From: Seison nebaliae | Lineage: Eukaryota | Assembly (NCBI GenBank): GCA_023231475.1 | Contig: JALJEE010002959.1 | Span: forward strand, 1-64,000 | DNA: 64,000 bases | Direction of reading: 5' to 3' | Shown: positions 10,852 through 22,600 of the stretch, piece by piece | How the letters are laid out: every line of letters begins with the position of its first letter | Numbering within the stretch: the first letter of the stretch is position 1 | Position numbers and translations under genes: made by a program | The notes under the pieces: generated by a model | What the model was told of the DNA's origin: nothing | Seen by the model: the letters and a program-made list of their open reading frames with translations, nothing else | Database searches by the model: none

Positions 10852-13800
10852 TTAATTTGTTTGTGAAGGGAAAAATATGGAGTTCAATGAGAGATAACAA
10901 ATGTGACCACATCCGGACGGACATTGTCCATGAAATGTCACTTTACTCGACCTCTCAACGTATTTATCATCCATTTCGTTCTCTGCATTAATTTTCACAT
11001 CGCCGTTAGTGAACCAATCGATCATATGTTTGGGATGACCACCATGTTCACAGACATTACACCATAAATATAAACCGTTAACGGGCAATTCGCAAACGAC
11101 ACATGAGAGACTTTTATGACATTTCTCACAAGAACTCGTCATAATTTCTGAATTGATTCTCGGACTAGCTGTTTGCATAATTCCGTTTTTACAATCGGCA
11201 CAACCAATCCGAATAAACATGTCACTACAATCGAGTGTGTTGATGGAGAGATGTGAAACAATCGGATTCTTCATCAATTCCACACTTCGATCGAACATTT
11301 CGAAAGAATTAATCACATGTAAATACTCGTCCATTACTAAAGTGAAATCTGTAGAAGAGAGACAAACTTCATTCATCAATTCCAACATCCACAAACTGAT
11401 CTTCTTAATGAGATAACGATGAGAATCATATAATGATGATTGATAATTTATGTTGAATTGTTGTGAGAAGACTAAATGATTCATATTGAATTCATTCTCA
11501 TTATTCTTCAATCTCTCATACTCATAATATTCATTCAATAAACAATATTTCTTTAATAACATCATCAGACATATATTGATCACTGTTATTCCTTGAACAT
11601 CATCACAATGTTCCAAATAGAAATCGATACATGTCCCCAAACATTCCGTCACTATTTGAATATAAGAAATGGCTTTACGCAATTGAATTATCTTTCTCTT
11701 CTTTCTCTTTCGATCACCTTGTTGTTGTTGTTGTTGTTGTTGTTGTTGGAAGGAATTGGAAGATTGAAGAACAAAATTTTCAAATTCGACGAGTGGGAAA
11801 GTTTTTGATAAATTTCGTTCATGTAAATCGATTTCAGCATCATTCCAAATTTCCGGTTTGTCAAAACGACGAAAGAATGGACGGAGATGATTAGTGAATG
11901 AACAATTCTCCCAATTATCCTCTTCATTCAACAAGAAGATTCCATAGAAATCATTTCTGATGGAAAGTAATCGATGACGGAATCGATCGTTATAATTCTC
12001 CAAAACCATTTCTTTTTTTTCATTTTTCTTCTTTTCATTCTTCAAATTTCTTCGTCCTAATAATATCTCTTTACAATGTTTCGGTAACATGTTAACGAGT
12101 GATACATCGAGATAATTTGATTTCTGTTCATTCGATGACATTGATGGTTGAGTATGAATTGATGAAGTTGAAGAAGATTTCTCATCTAATTCTTGACTAT
12201 TATCTTCATCAATAGATGAAGTAGAACTTCTTCTCGATTCTTTCCCATCTTTCAATTCCGCATCATAAAATGATGGATGTGCAACGATATTATCGAGAAG
12301 GAATCGATTATCGATCATTTCTAATAAATAACTTTCACGATTAATTCTCTCTCTCGATCTCTTCTCTTCATAAATAATATGAAGTAAATAATCGATTGGT
12401 GTTGTCATTCGTTCGATGAAGAATTGAACAAGTTTCCAAAGAAATCGAACATCATCCATTTGAACATCTTCCGCCAATTGTTTATTCCATTCACACACTT
12501 CCAATATATCCTCTCCATCATAATGATAACTGGCAATCAGTTTTTTAATCGCACGAAGATTCTGAAATTCCTGACAATCATCCAATTCACTTTCATTCTC
12601 CATTCGATAATCATACAAACGATATGATTCACTTTTTAACACAAATGATCTCACCGACACTTTTGGTAATGATTTTGGCATCAAAAAATTCCGAGGATAT
12701 CTCACTCGACCATGATGATTAAGAGAGAAAACGTAATTCATCAAATTATCGTTTCCGTTATTTTTCTGTTCGACGGTTTTATGATTCCATGCTATACCCA
12801 CATATTGATGTAAATTTGAGACTAATATCATACTACTCGTCAACCAATTGAAATGTGTGGAATTATGGAGATATTTATGGAAGATGACAGCTGGTGGTAA
12901 ACCGTTTTGATGGCGATTAAGATGGACATCCCAGATCGATATAAATTTATCAGCCGAACAAGAGAGAACAGCTAAACGAAAATAATTGGTTGATGGACAC
13001 CATCGAACTCGATTCATTGAACTTTCCGTTCGAATTGAAGTTGACATTATTTTCTCTAAAAGAATCGTTGGACTACCAGAAAACGGTTTCGTATTCGTCG
13101 TACTAGTAGTTGAATTGCCAGAAAATAATAAAGAATTAACTGACGTCCTCATTGGTTTAGATGCGACTGTTGTTAATTTGTCGACCATTTGTTCTTTCCA
13201 TCTCCAGAAATGGATATGTTTATCATTACCAACAGCAGCAATCCATCGGATATATGGATGAATGTCGAATGAATTTAATTCATATCGATTCAAATGAAGT
13301 GATGATAATTTCTTCAATTTCATTCCTTTCATACTCCAAATTTGAATGAATTCTTCACCCAAAATAATAAAACGACATTGTCGATTAGGAATCCATTGAC
13401 AATCGAGAACTTTAATCGAATGAAATGGAATCCACACTTTCATCAATTCCTTCTTCTCAATTAAAACGATATATAATAAATTCGCTTGTGCCACTAATAG
13501 AAAGATATTGGGATGAATCGCTGTCGATTCGATTTGAATTATCGATCGATTTAATCCAGAAATTTCTATCAATTTCGATGGTGTTATCGTCTTATGATTA
13601 CGAGTGAGAGATAACTGCTCATCAATATTCATTATACCCAATCGACGATCATTCAAAATGTAAACTAAAATCCATTTTTCCGTATGTTTCTGCCAACACG
13701 CACAATCCACCACCAATTGTGTTGCTCTTTTCTGACACATTTTCGGCATTTTATTATTATCATCCGACGAGAAATTCGTATTTATACGACGACTCTCTAT

Positions 13801-13968
13801 CTTGAAATTCTCTTCTAATTCTTCTTCCGTTCGATCGGTTACGGCAAACTGCGGATCCGAATTACTCCGCTTTACCTCACTCTCACTCTTCACATCGATC
13901 TCATATAATGAAGTTGTTCCATAATTTGTTTCATTGAGGAAAGCGTAAACTCTCCGACTTTTCTCCAT
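10852..13968 (-). CDS. WDR24: GATOR2 complex WD-repeat/RING protein WDR24 (Sea2), intronless, 1038 aa
   Basis: N-terminal WD40 repeats, VCEWNKQLA helix, and C-terminal zinc finger/RING CVVCELPVNGLYLWCNVCEHGGH...CPSGCGHIC. Poly-Q (CAA)n at about 11718-11748. Confidence 0.87.
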   Translation of the reverse strand: MEKSRRVYAFLNETNYGTTSLYEIDVKSESEVKRSNSDPQFAVTDRTEEELEENFKIESRRINTNFSSDDNNKMPKMCQKRATQLVVDCACWQKHTEKWILVYILNDRRLGIMNIDEQLSLTRNHKTITPSKLIEISGLNRSIIQIESTAIHPNIFLLVAQANLLYIVLIEKKELMKVWIPFHSIKVLDCQWIPNRQCRFIILGEEFIQIWSMKGMKLKKLSSLHLNRYELNSFDIHPYIRWIAAVGNDKHIHFWRWKEQMVDKLTTVASKPMRTSVNSLLFSGNSTTSTTNTKPFSGSPTILLEKIMSTSIRTESSMNRVRWCPSTNYFRLAVLSCSADKFISIWDVHLNRHQNGLPPAVIFHKYLHNSTHFNWLTSSMILVSNLHQYVGIAWNHKTVEQKNNGNDNLMNYVFSLNHHGRVRYPRNFLMPKSLPKVSVRSFVLKSESYRLYDYRMENESELDDCQEFQNLRAIKKLIASYHYDGEDILEVCEWNKQLAEDVQMDDVRFLWKLVQFFIERMTTPIDYLLHIIYEEKRSRERINRESYLLEMIDNRFLLDNIVAHPSFYDAELKDGKESRRSSTSSIDEDNSQELDEKSSSTSSIHTQPSMSSNEQKSNYLDVSLVNMLPKHCKEILLGRRNLKNEKKKNEKKEMVLENYNDRFRHRLLSIRNDFYGIFLLNEEDNWENCSFTNHLRPFFRRFDKPEIWNDAEIDLHERNLSKTFPLVEFENFVLQSSNSFQQQQQQQQQQGDRKRKKRKIIQLRKAISYIQIVTECLGTCIDFYLEHCDDVQGITVINICLMMLLKKYCLLNEYYEYERLKNNENEFNMNHLVFSQQFNINYQSSLYDSHRYLIKKISLWMLELMNEVCLSSTDFTLVMDEYLHVINSFEMFDRSVELMKNPIVSHLSINTLDCSDMFIRIGCADCKNGIMQTASPRINSEIMTSSCEKCHKSLSCVVCELPVNGLYLWCNVCEHGGHPKHMIDWFTNGDVKINAENEMDDKYVERSSKVTFHGQCPSGCGHICYLSLNSIFFPSQTN

Positions 13969-14544
13969 AATTCTTACTTATCATTTATAATTCATAATTA
14001 ATATCTTTAAACTTAAAATTCAAACGATATTCCACTTCTCATTTCCTTCATTGTTATCATTTCCATCATTTACCTTTTTCCCACCAATTCAAATTTTCTA
14101 CTTAATTTCCAAATTTACATTTTGACTACTCAATTCATTTTTTCTCTTATTTCTTCTCAATTAGACTTATTATTACTATCATTCATTTCTACTTTCCATC
14201 TATATATTATAATTTATTATATCATCTCTTTTGGACTTTTTCTGGAATTGATGGAAGTCTGAATTGGAATTGATGGATTTCTGATGGAATTTTGAATTTT
14301 TCTTAAACTTTTTTCTTGAAATTCCTCTACAACCAAATTACTAATAACAATTCGAATATCATCTATCGTATTGATTTAATGATTTTTATCATGATAATTT
14401 GAAGTAACTTCCATAATTTTCAAATATTCAAATTTAACGAATATTCAAAATTTTTTTTTATTTCTCTAAAAGAGAATTTAAGAAAATCTTTTCAGTATTT
14501 TATTTCACTTTCAAATAAGAATTTGTAGAGAAAATAAAGAGAGT

Positions 14545-15066
14545 TTATAACAAAAGTATTTCAGATATGACGGATAGTTGACGATGACTTGCTGGTTGAT
14601 GGAAATGTTTCCATTTTTGATACGAATCCAATTTCTTCTTTTCCTTTTCGCTCACACATCTTGCACAGACGAAATCGTCTAAAATTTTCGGCCAGAAACA
14701 TTTTAAACATATTTCATGTTTACAATCCGTCTTAATTGGTGCTCTTTCCGAATTGTTGAACTTCAATTCACAATTAGGACAAATCTTATCCAAAGGCGTT
14801 TCTTTCTTTTTATCCGGTTTTGGACTAGGTGGTGAATAAAAATCACCAAATGTATCACCGACAATATGAACATCTTCATCATTCATCAATTGTTTATTTG
14901 TCATTTCTATTCTTGCCAGATATTTATTCTCTTTGTTTGTTATTGGCAATAAATCTTTGGCACAAGACGGATTATCATATTCTATCATCTCTACATCTTC
15001 CGTTTCACTTGCAATTGATACAAAATTTATATTTGCCGTATGGTGGAATCGATTAAATGCCGACAT
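14545..15066 (-). CDS. C3HC4 RING finger protein
   Basis: CPNC...CKHEICLKC...CARC. First in-frame ATG at 15066. Confidence 0.8.
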   Translation of the reverse strand: MSAFNRFHHTANINFVSIASETEDVEMIEYDNPSCAKDLLPITNKENKYLARIEMTNKQLMNDEDVHIVGDTFGDFYSPPSPKPDKKKETPLDKICPNCELKFNNSERAPIKTDCKHEICLKCFWPKILDDFVCARCVSEKEKKKLDSYQKWKHFHQPASHRQLSVISEILLL

Positions 15067-15689
15067 CTCAGAATATTGTGATAAGAATGAAATTATCTTT
15101 TGAATGGAGTTAATCCTACAATACAACTACACTGAATCGAATTGAAATTTGAGAATGACAAAGAATTTCTCTATTATTTTATAATAATTATCTTCCCTTC
15201 TGATGAAAAAAGAATCTTGTTCCAACCTTATTCTCAATTACGAAAAACTATATATTTAAGCTTAATTTTAAAAATTGTTATGAATAACAATCATAATATC
15301 CATCATTGTCGTAATAAACCGTATTTAATTAACTTTTTGGATAGATAAGAAGTGGGAAAATATGAGTAGATGACTAACCAGCTTGATGATTTGTTGTTCA
15401 TGAATATTCTTATTCGTTTTAAGTTTGGGAAGAAAATTATTATTCAGATAACATATTTCACTCTTTTATGGTCGTTTTTAATGAAAAATTTTATAATGAG
15501 AAGAAATTTATTATTAACTCATTTATAAACAACACTACTCACTGTCAGTGGTTTATCATGTTTGCCCATTCTTGGGAAAGATCTTTGGGGGATACAAATT
15601 CATATTCTACGCTACGAAATTCATAGAGAAAAAGAATTAGTTTTAGTGGAAATTTTTTCTATTATAATAATTTTTAAAACTAACAATGG

Positions 15690-16000
15690 TGCACGTTCGC
15701 ATCCGCCGATATTTTATTTTTTTATTTAGTCGAAGTATTACACTCGGTTTTTGGCCTTTTTTTTACTCTGCATGTAGATGTAGATATGTATTTTTTATGT
15801 AGAATTTTTATACAGAATTGTATATAGAAAATATATTTTCTATGTAAGCCAAATGTAGAATATAAAAACAGAATAGAAAAAGGCCAAAATTCTGGTGGCC
15901 AAATACTTCGACTAAGGATAAAAAAATTTAACCATCTCTTTAACTTTATTTTTCCTGTCTTCATGTTTTTTTGGAGTCAAAGGGCCAATGCGAACGTGTA
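15690..16000. mobile_element. Palindromic MITE (Tc1/mariner-like ends)
   Basis: Terminal inverted repeats TGCACGTTCGCAT / ATGCGAACGTGTA. Inner inverted pairs TTAGTCGAAGTATT / AATACTTCGACTAA and TTTTGGCCTTTT / AAAAGGCCAAAA. Confidence 0.75.
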
Positions 16001-16369
16001 TTAAGTTATCCTTGGAAAGTTAAGTTCAAACTCATATTATTATTATAATTAGTTTTACTGATTTGGGATTTACTGAAATTTTTTTAAGTAAATTATATTC
16101 AATTTTTTTAAAATTAAATTTAAAAAATGTCAAGTATTAAAAAAGAGCTTTGTGAGAAATTTAACACATGATGAATGCCCCTCATAAGACACAATGCATC
16201 CATAAGTTATTTATAGAATAAAGTATAAATTAAATAACGATTAAAAGCGGAAGTATAATAATTATAATTTATATTTGTCTATTAAAATTTCGATCAACTA
16301 TGAATCTTCGATCTTTATAAATTATAAATTAAGAAAGAAGTCTATGGAAGAAGAATTTTGACATTGTTC

Positions 16370-16445
16370 ACGATTATTGGAGTTTTGGAAACGAAGCAAA
16401 AATGACTATCGTTTACTGAAAAATTAGCCACATTTTTGATTCCTC
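16370..16445 (+). pseudogene. Possible degenerate hAT transposase dimerisation-domain remnant
   Basis: RLLEFWKRSKNDYRLLK, then a frameshift to LATFLIP, resembling the hAT L.(W/F)WK...YP.L.KLA...L.IP motif. Confidence 0.35.
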
Positions 16446-18544
16446 ATTGTCAATAATTTTGAACTGAAACTATTATAGTTTTTTTTAGAGGATAGAACCA
16501 TGAAATATGATTATTTTATCATATTTGTTAAAGATCTATAATGTACCATATGATAACATATATGTTAATAGAGAACAACTTAGGATATAAAAAAAAAATT
16601 TTTGGTAAATTATGGTAAATAAAAATTAATTTTGAATTGGGTTGTCTTCTACTAAAGAAAATTCCAAATAAAATGGGAAGAATCTTATCAATTAAAATTT
16701 ATTTTGACAAGTTCACTTTGATTTCAATTACCTACTTTTTCCATCAACATTCTTTTAAAAAGCGACATAACATGTATTAAGTTATTTGAAGAAAATAGGA
16801 GAATAGTTTGATAAAATTTGTGAAGAATTTGTGTATTTCTCTTTACGCTAATTTTATAGTTCTGTAATAAAGGAGAGAGGTAGAAAGTCTGATAATTAAT
16901 TTCTCTTTCAATAAGTTCACTTATTTCATGATAAGTTGGAAACAGAAGAATTCGTAGATAGAAATTTACTTTCGTCAAATGACTCTGTAAAAGACTGACA
17001 CACACTTACTTATAAAGATATTGTTCATAAAAAAAGTGGATAAAGAATGAAGATAAAGAATGGGAAATAATTAGAAGGAGAATATCGATAAAAGTAGATA
17101 ATCAATAATCATGTAATGTCTCATCAAGTGGAGTCGAAATGGGAGAAGTTTAAGTTGGAATCAAAAATAAATTTCATCTAAACGAAAATGGGAGAAGTAT
17201 TTGACAGATGAATGACATGGTTGATTTCGATTAAAAAATTATCATGAAGATAGGTAATATTAACATGCATGCGATTCATTGAGAGAAAAAAGAAAAAAGA
17301 ATTGTCATTATAGCGTTGAGGGAGAAATGAAAAGAAAAAACTTCTTTCTTTCCTTTTCGACAGATGAAAGCAACGAAGCGTTCAGTAATGCACCAATGTA
17401 TTCCATATTTCCTGATGACGAAGGTCAATGCACATTCTCCCACTTATGTAAGTTGCTGATATGTTCGACAAATATACCCACACCCTCCTAATACATACTG
17501 ATAGGATTGGTGTGTAAACGATGGCAGATGAGGAGAAATTTATAATTTCCGATATATTTTGTTCCATATCGTCTGTGATTAGCATGAGCACCAGAATTTG
17601 TTGAATAGATATTGCATGTATTTATCGGAAAGGAGAAAATTGAAAAATAAATATAATTCTATTCTTGGCTGGTTTTCGTTCTCACAACTAATTAATATGA
17701 TATGTATAGCACTTCAACTACGTACTGCGGAGTACACGGACATTAGATTCACCGCGACTCTACCTATATCGCCTTGGATTTATATGGTTCGAATAAATAG
17801 TTATTATTCTCTTCTTCCAATAAATCTATTTCATCATCATCATCATTATCATCATCATCATTGTCATCATTGTCATTATTATCATTATCAGGGATAACGA
17901 AATGATGACAAATTGAGTTTACTTTTATTTTATTAAACTAGAAATGTTTTTCTAAAATAAATCATCAATTGTTTCCTGTCGATCATTATTATCGATAATA
18001 TGATAATAAATATTCTTGTCAATATTTGTATAACATTTAATTCTCGTTATTGTCTCGCACTTTCAAAAATGAGAAGTTTCGGGTGGAAACCGTTTTCTGG
18101 AATTTAGATCTTTCTTCTATCATGTCATTCAATGGAAGCAATATTGAATTCGATTTCGATTAATAAATCAAAGTATTTGCTTAAATCAATTTTTTTTCAT
18201 TATCATTCACCCATTATATTAATCATCATTTCTTCCATGGGACAAATATGGATAGTAATAATGATATGAATCACAGAATAACCTTCCTCATTCCATACCC
18301 CATCCTTCAAACCATTTAAACACAGAAAGAACGAATTCAATATTCATGGAAAAAAACTGATCGTATCACTAATAGAACTAGAGAATGTAATTTTCGTTGT
18401 TCTTGTTATTGTTAATGATGATGATTATGTTGGTGGTGATGGTGCAGTTAGTTGTTGCTGAAAAAGAATAAATTGGTCATTTTATTCTTACCAATTTTCA
18501 ACTTTCACAAATTTCCGGCAATTATTTCGTTGAAGTGTCCAATT

Positions 18545-18628
18545 AAGAGAATCTTAGCACAAGGGCTTACTCTCCCGATTTCAGATTGGAGGTGAGAAAG
18601 TTCGAGCCAGGAACATTGAGATTTTCTT
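18545..18628 (+). ncRNA. Candidate Pol III panhandle RNA, vault-RNA-like
   Basis: A-box-like TTAGCACAAGGGCTTACT, B-box GTTCGAGCC, 12-bp terminal stem AAGAGAATCTTA / TGAGATTTTCTT, an internal hairpin, and TTTT near the 3' end. Confidence 0.35.
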
Positions 18629-18967
18629 TCAATTTTACTCTTTCACTCAAAATAAATTCGATTGTTCTATGATTATATTTGATATGAGAGAACTTTATAA
18701 AATTTCCATCTCCTTTTCACACTCGCCGCCATATCATCTCTATATTAGCAATCAATTAGAAAAGATGAGAGCAATCATAAGTAACTCAATTTCTTACAGA
18801 CAATAATTCTTTCCTTTTTCATGTTGGAAGAGCGGGAGGTGGTCCTGTTGTTATGGATTCCACTAATAATCAGAAGGAGAATTGTAACGATTAGTGAAAA
18901 GGAAGAAAGAAAATGATTATATGTGTTTGCTCCCTCCCCATTTCATTAGTTATGAGATCTTGAATCA

Positions 18968-19689
18968 CGGTCTTTTTATCACCCTACAAAATTATCTATA
19001 TATATAAAATTATCCAAAATTAGCAGCAAAATGGTCATTTCCTCACCAACTTTTTTCACTAAAGACTTTTCCCCACTCAATTTTTTTATTATGGACTTTT
19101 TCTCACCCAATTGTCTACTAAACGTAAATTTCCTCATTTTCCATTAGTCTTCTAAATTTCTTAATCCAAATTAAAATATCTTAATATTATTATAATTGTT
19201 ACGATTATATGTTTTAATATTCTTTTATATTTTTATCGAAATTTAATATTATGCTTCATGTTATTAAAAAAAGTTTAATAATAAAAAACAAAGATTATTT
19301 AATGAAAAATTTCTTCGATAACGAAAATATTATATTCCAGATGTTGTATATTAAAATTTCGAATTATTACACGTAATTTTTCATTTTTTCCCTTGATGCA
19401 ACTTACAACTAACAACTTGATGTATATTTCGATAAAAGTATAAAAGAACATTAAAACATATATTCGTAACAATTAAATTAATCATGATTCATGATATATA
19501 ATTTATAATTAATTAATATTTTAATTTAATTGACCATAGAGCGAGAAGAAGTCCATTTAGTTGATAATAGAGTGATGAAAAGTCCCTAATGAAAAAAGTA
19601 GGTGGGGGAATAACCGTTTTGGTAGATAAGGACATGACCGTTTTACAAGTAATTTTCAAAAAATTTATATATGGTGAGGAAAAGACAGG
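18968..19689. mobile_element. Non-autonomous foldback/MULE-like element with ~270-bp imperfect TIRs
   Basis: About 19194-19242 is a near-perfect reverse complement of about 19426-19475. Outer arms also match (ATATATAAAATT...AAAATGGTCATTTCCT versus AGGACATGACCGTTTT...AATTTATATAT). Confidence 0.8.
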
Positions 19690-22600
19690 CGACGGATATC
19701 TTTATCAATTCTTTAATCAGTGAGTCTCGTTCTTCTCCCTCTCAATGATCCGTCGTGTGAAAACTCCTGTCACCAATCGTCAAACAATCCCTCATTGACG
19801 ATTGAGAATCTTGTGAGACTTTAGTCGGAGACTAATATGTTATTGTTATGGGAAGTATGATATTACCGAATGGAATTTTTAATTTGAAAATTCTAATATA
19901 TATCTTTTCTCCCCTTCTTTTTTTTGGAGGGGGAGAAGAAAGAACATTTATGATAATATCTCCATTACATAATTTCTATTCAATGATATTGTTCTCGTTA
20001 TTTCATAAATAAAAAGATCTTTCCTTCCAATTCTTTCTTTTTTCTCGAGCATTTTTTTTAATTATTTCGCACACAAATGACTGTATTCATGAGAGTTGAG
20101 AGCATTAAGTGAAAAACAGCAAATATCTCCCATTTTTCAATAACGCCACACAAATGAGAATGAAGGACAATTATGAATGAAAAGGAGGAAGAACTCTGGT
20201 GACTAAAAAAAAAAGGAGAAGGAATGAAATGAGGTGAATCCCCAAGTTGTTAATTAAGATGAAACTTTTCTATTATCATTTTCCTTACCATCTACTATCA
20301 TCACTGCAAATTGACCATATGCATGAAATGGTAAAAAGAATAAAGTTCCTTCTGTCGAGGTTCTTTTCTTTTCCAGAATCAAATTAATAATATCAACATT
20401 CACTGACAAATTCACCGTTTGCACTGGGAGGAGCCAATTTTGGAAGTTATTCTTCTACATAACTTCCACCATCACCACCAACCTCCTCCTCAAGATGATT
20501 AATGAGAGTGTTATGTATCAACTTAATTCACTGATGTTAAACATGTCATTTGAGAATTGTTTGTTTCTTTCCTCATTCCATACCAATTTTTTCCATCGGA
20601 AATTGACGTGAAAGATTTCAACTTTTTCCCCACTTCAACTTCTTCATAACTTCTCCAACTGAAATCGGAGGAATTGGACGAATTACCTGGTCGTAACCGA
20701 AGGAAATATATCGGACATTTGACGAAGGAGGGAGTTGGAAGAAAAATAGCAGAAGTTTCAGGTGAGATTAAGCGAATTGATCTATTGAAATTTTAATGAA
20801 ATTATATTTGTCGAACAGATATCGTTCGTCTATATTGATTTTGTACATATAAAGTTCATTCCCTTTTATATGAATGATCAATAATGATGAATATTATATA
20901 ATATATCATTCGATTATACCATATCAATCGTATAAAATGTGGAAAGAAATCATTTAATTTAATAAATACAAAATCTTTTCGTTTTCACATATTTACTTAT
21001 TCACTCATTTGTTCATTGATAAAAGAATATTGAGCAAAAAAATAAAGTTTGTTGAGTTACAGATATTCGATTGGGAAGGTTTTTTTATGGAATTCATTAC
21101 TGATTTTGCCTACCATTTCTCTTGGTTGGCGGACAATTACACGAAGTTTTGTTCACCTAAAAATTTGTTGCTGATAATTGTTATTGATTAGTTTGATGAC
21201 TGATATAAATCGATCAGAGTTCAATTGATGATAATGACGATTGTCCTTGTTACTTCTGTCTTATTTATTCTTATTATCGTCATTTCTAATATATTCTCTT
21301 GCCTATTTCCATATTGAATAAATGCATCAAACATGCACCGTTTCCCATCACCCCAATAGATAGTTTAGCAAAGGTATCAAAAGACAGAAACAGCTCGTTA
21401 TTTTATCATACATATAAATGATACATTTACAAACTTTCCTTACTCTAATTACAATTACTAATTTTCTTTCGTAATAATTACATAATCGTTGACTTCAATA
21501 ACAATCATCAAAAAAAATTCTACAATAAAATTTCCAAATTTTTCCTTTGAAAATCGTTCAGAACGATTCGTTTTTGTGTCTAACCATATACGATAATAGA
21601 ATAGAAGAGAAATAGAAAAATATTGACAGAATTAGAACTATTTTATTTAAATAAAAAATCAGTTCAAATGAACAACTGGAAGTAATTATAATTAAGATTA
21701 TCCTATTTCTAATTATTATTATTATCATCATCTAATTGGTGAATAACCTTTCATTATATTATTAAACTTTCAAACGAATCATCTTGTTTTCTTACACAAC
21801 AAATTTTAGTTCGTTTTGGAACGGAAAATTTATGATATTCGTATAAGTATGATAGACATGTAGTGCACGATTCGAAGTGCACGATCTATTGAATCGCGTA
21901 TGAAACAATTTGAAAATCGCTTTTTTCTCTTCCGATTTCAGTTTTAAAATAATTTAAATTCAATTTCAAAAAAAAAATCAATCTTTTTAAATGAAACGAT
22001 TTTAAAAGGAATTGTTACAGGAATCGATGAAAAGATGAAATGTATAATCGAAATAAATAAAATATTTTCTTATCGAAGATATAAGATACCAATTTATAAA
22101 TCTTTCAGTTACTAATTCTATTTATTTTCTATAACTTCTTTCTTATTCTTCCATTATCTTTTGCTCATCATTATAACGACTACGTGAATGTAATGGAGGT
22201 GTGCTTATGCTTGTGTGTATGAAATAGAAGTTGCACATTCAACCTCAGTTAGTTGGATTATTGAAGAGAAAGTTTTCCCCTTTCTCCTCTCGAAATTTGG
22301 GTAATGGTTGATAAGAATCGACGACGAAACAAGGTGACAAACCATGAATAACAATAGGGAAAGGAATGGGGAAAATTTGGGTGATGGGGAGGAGTTTGTC
22401 TTTCTTTTATTCTTTCTCTCATAAACGAAATCTATTGTTTGTGGAAACTAGTGATTTGGTGTAGCATTGGAGCAATTATCCTTGTCGTTCTCCCCAAATA
22501 CGTTTCATTAATAAGATTATTTAATCGTCGTCTTAATGAAATAATGAGAAGAGTGATGATGATAACAAAGAATGGAAGTTTCTATGCGCTCCTTTTATTT

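Noticed and set aside
16724..17897. Several 70-100 aa ORFs
   Set aside because: No recognisable domains and no consistent spliceable model.
18570..18595. Hairpin loop TT-TCA-GA suggesting a tRNA-Sec or opal suppressor
   Set aside because: No proper T-arm or tRNA-Sec architecture. Treated instead as a panhandle Pol III candidate.
22438..22498. miR-7-like sequence TGGAAACTAGTGATTTGGTGT
   Set aside because: Lacks a seed G relative to TGGAAGACTAG, and the precursor hairpin pairs poorly.
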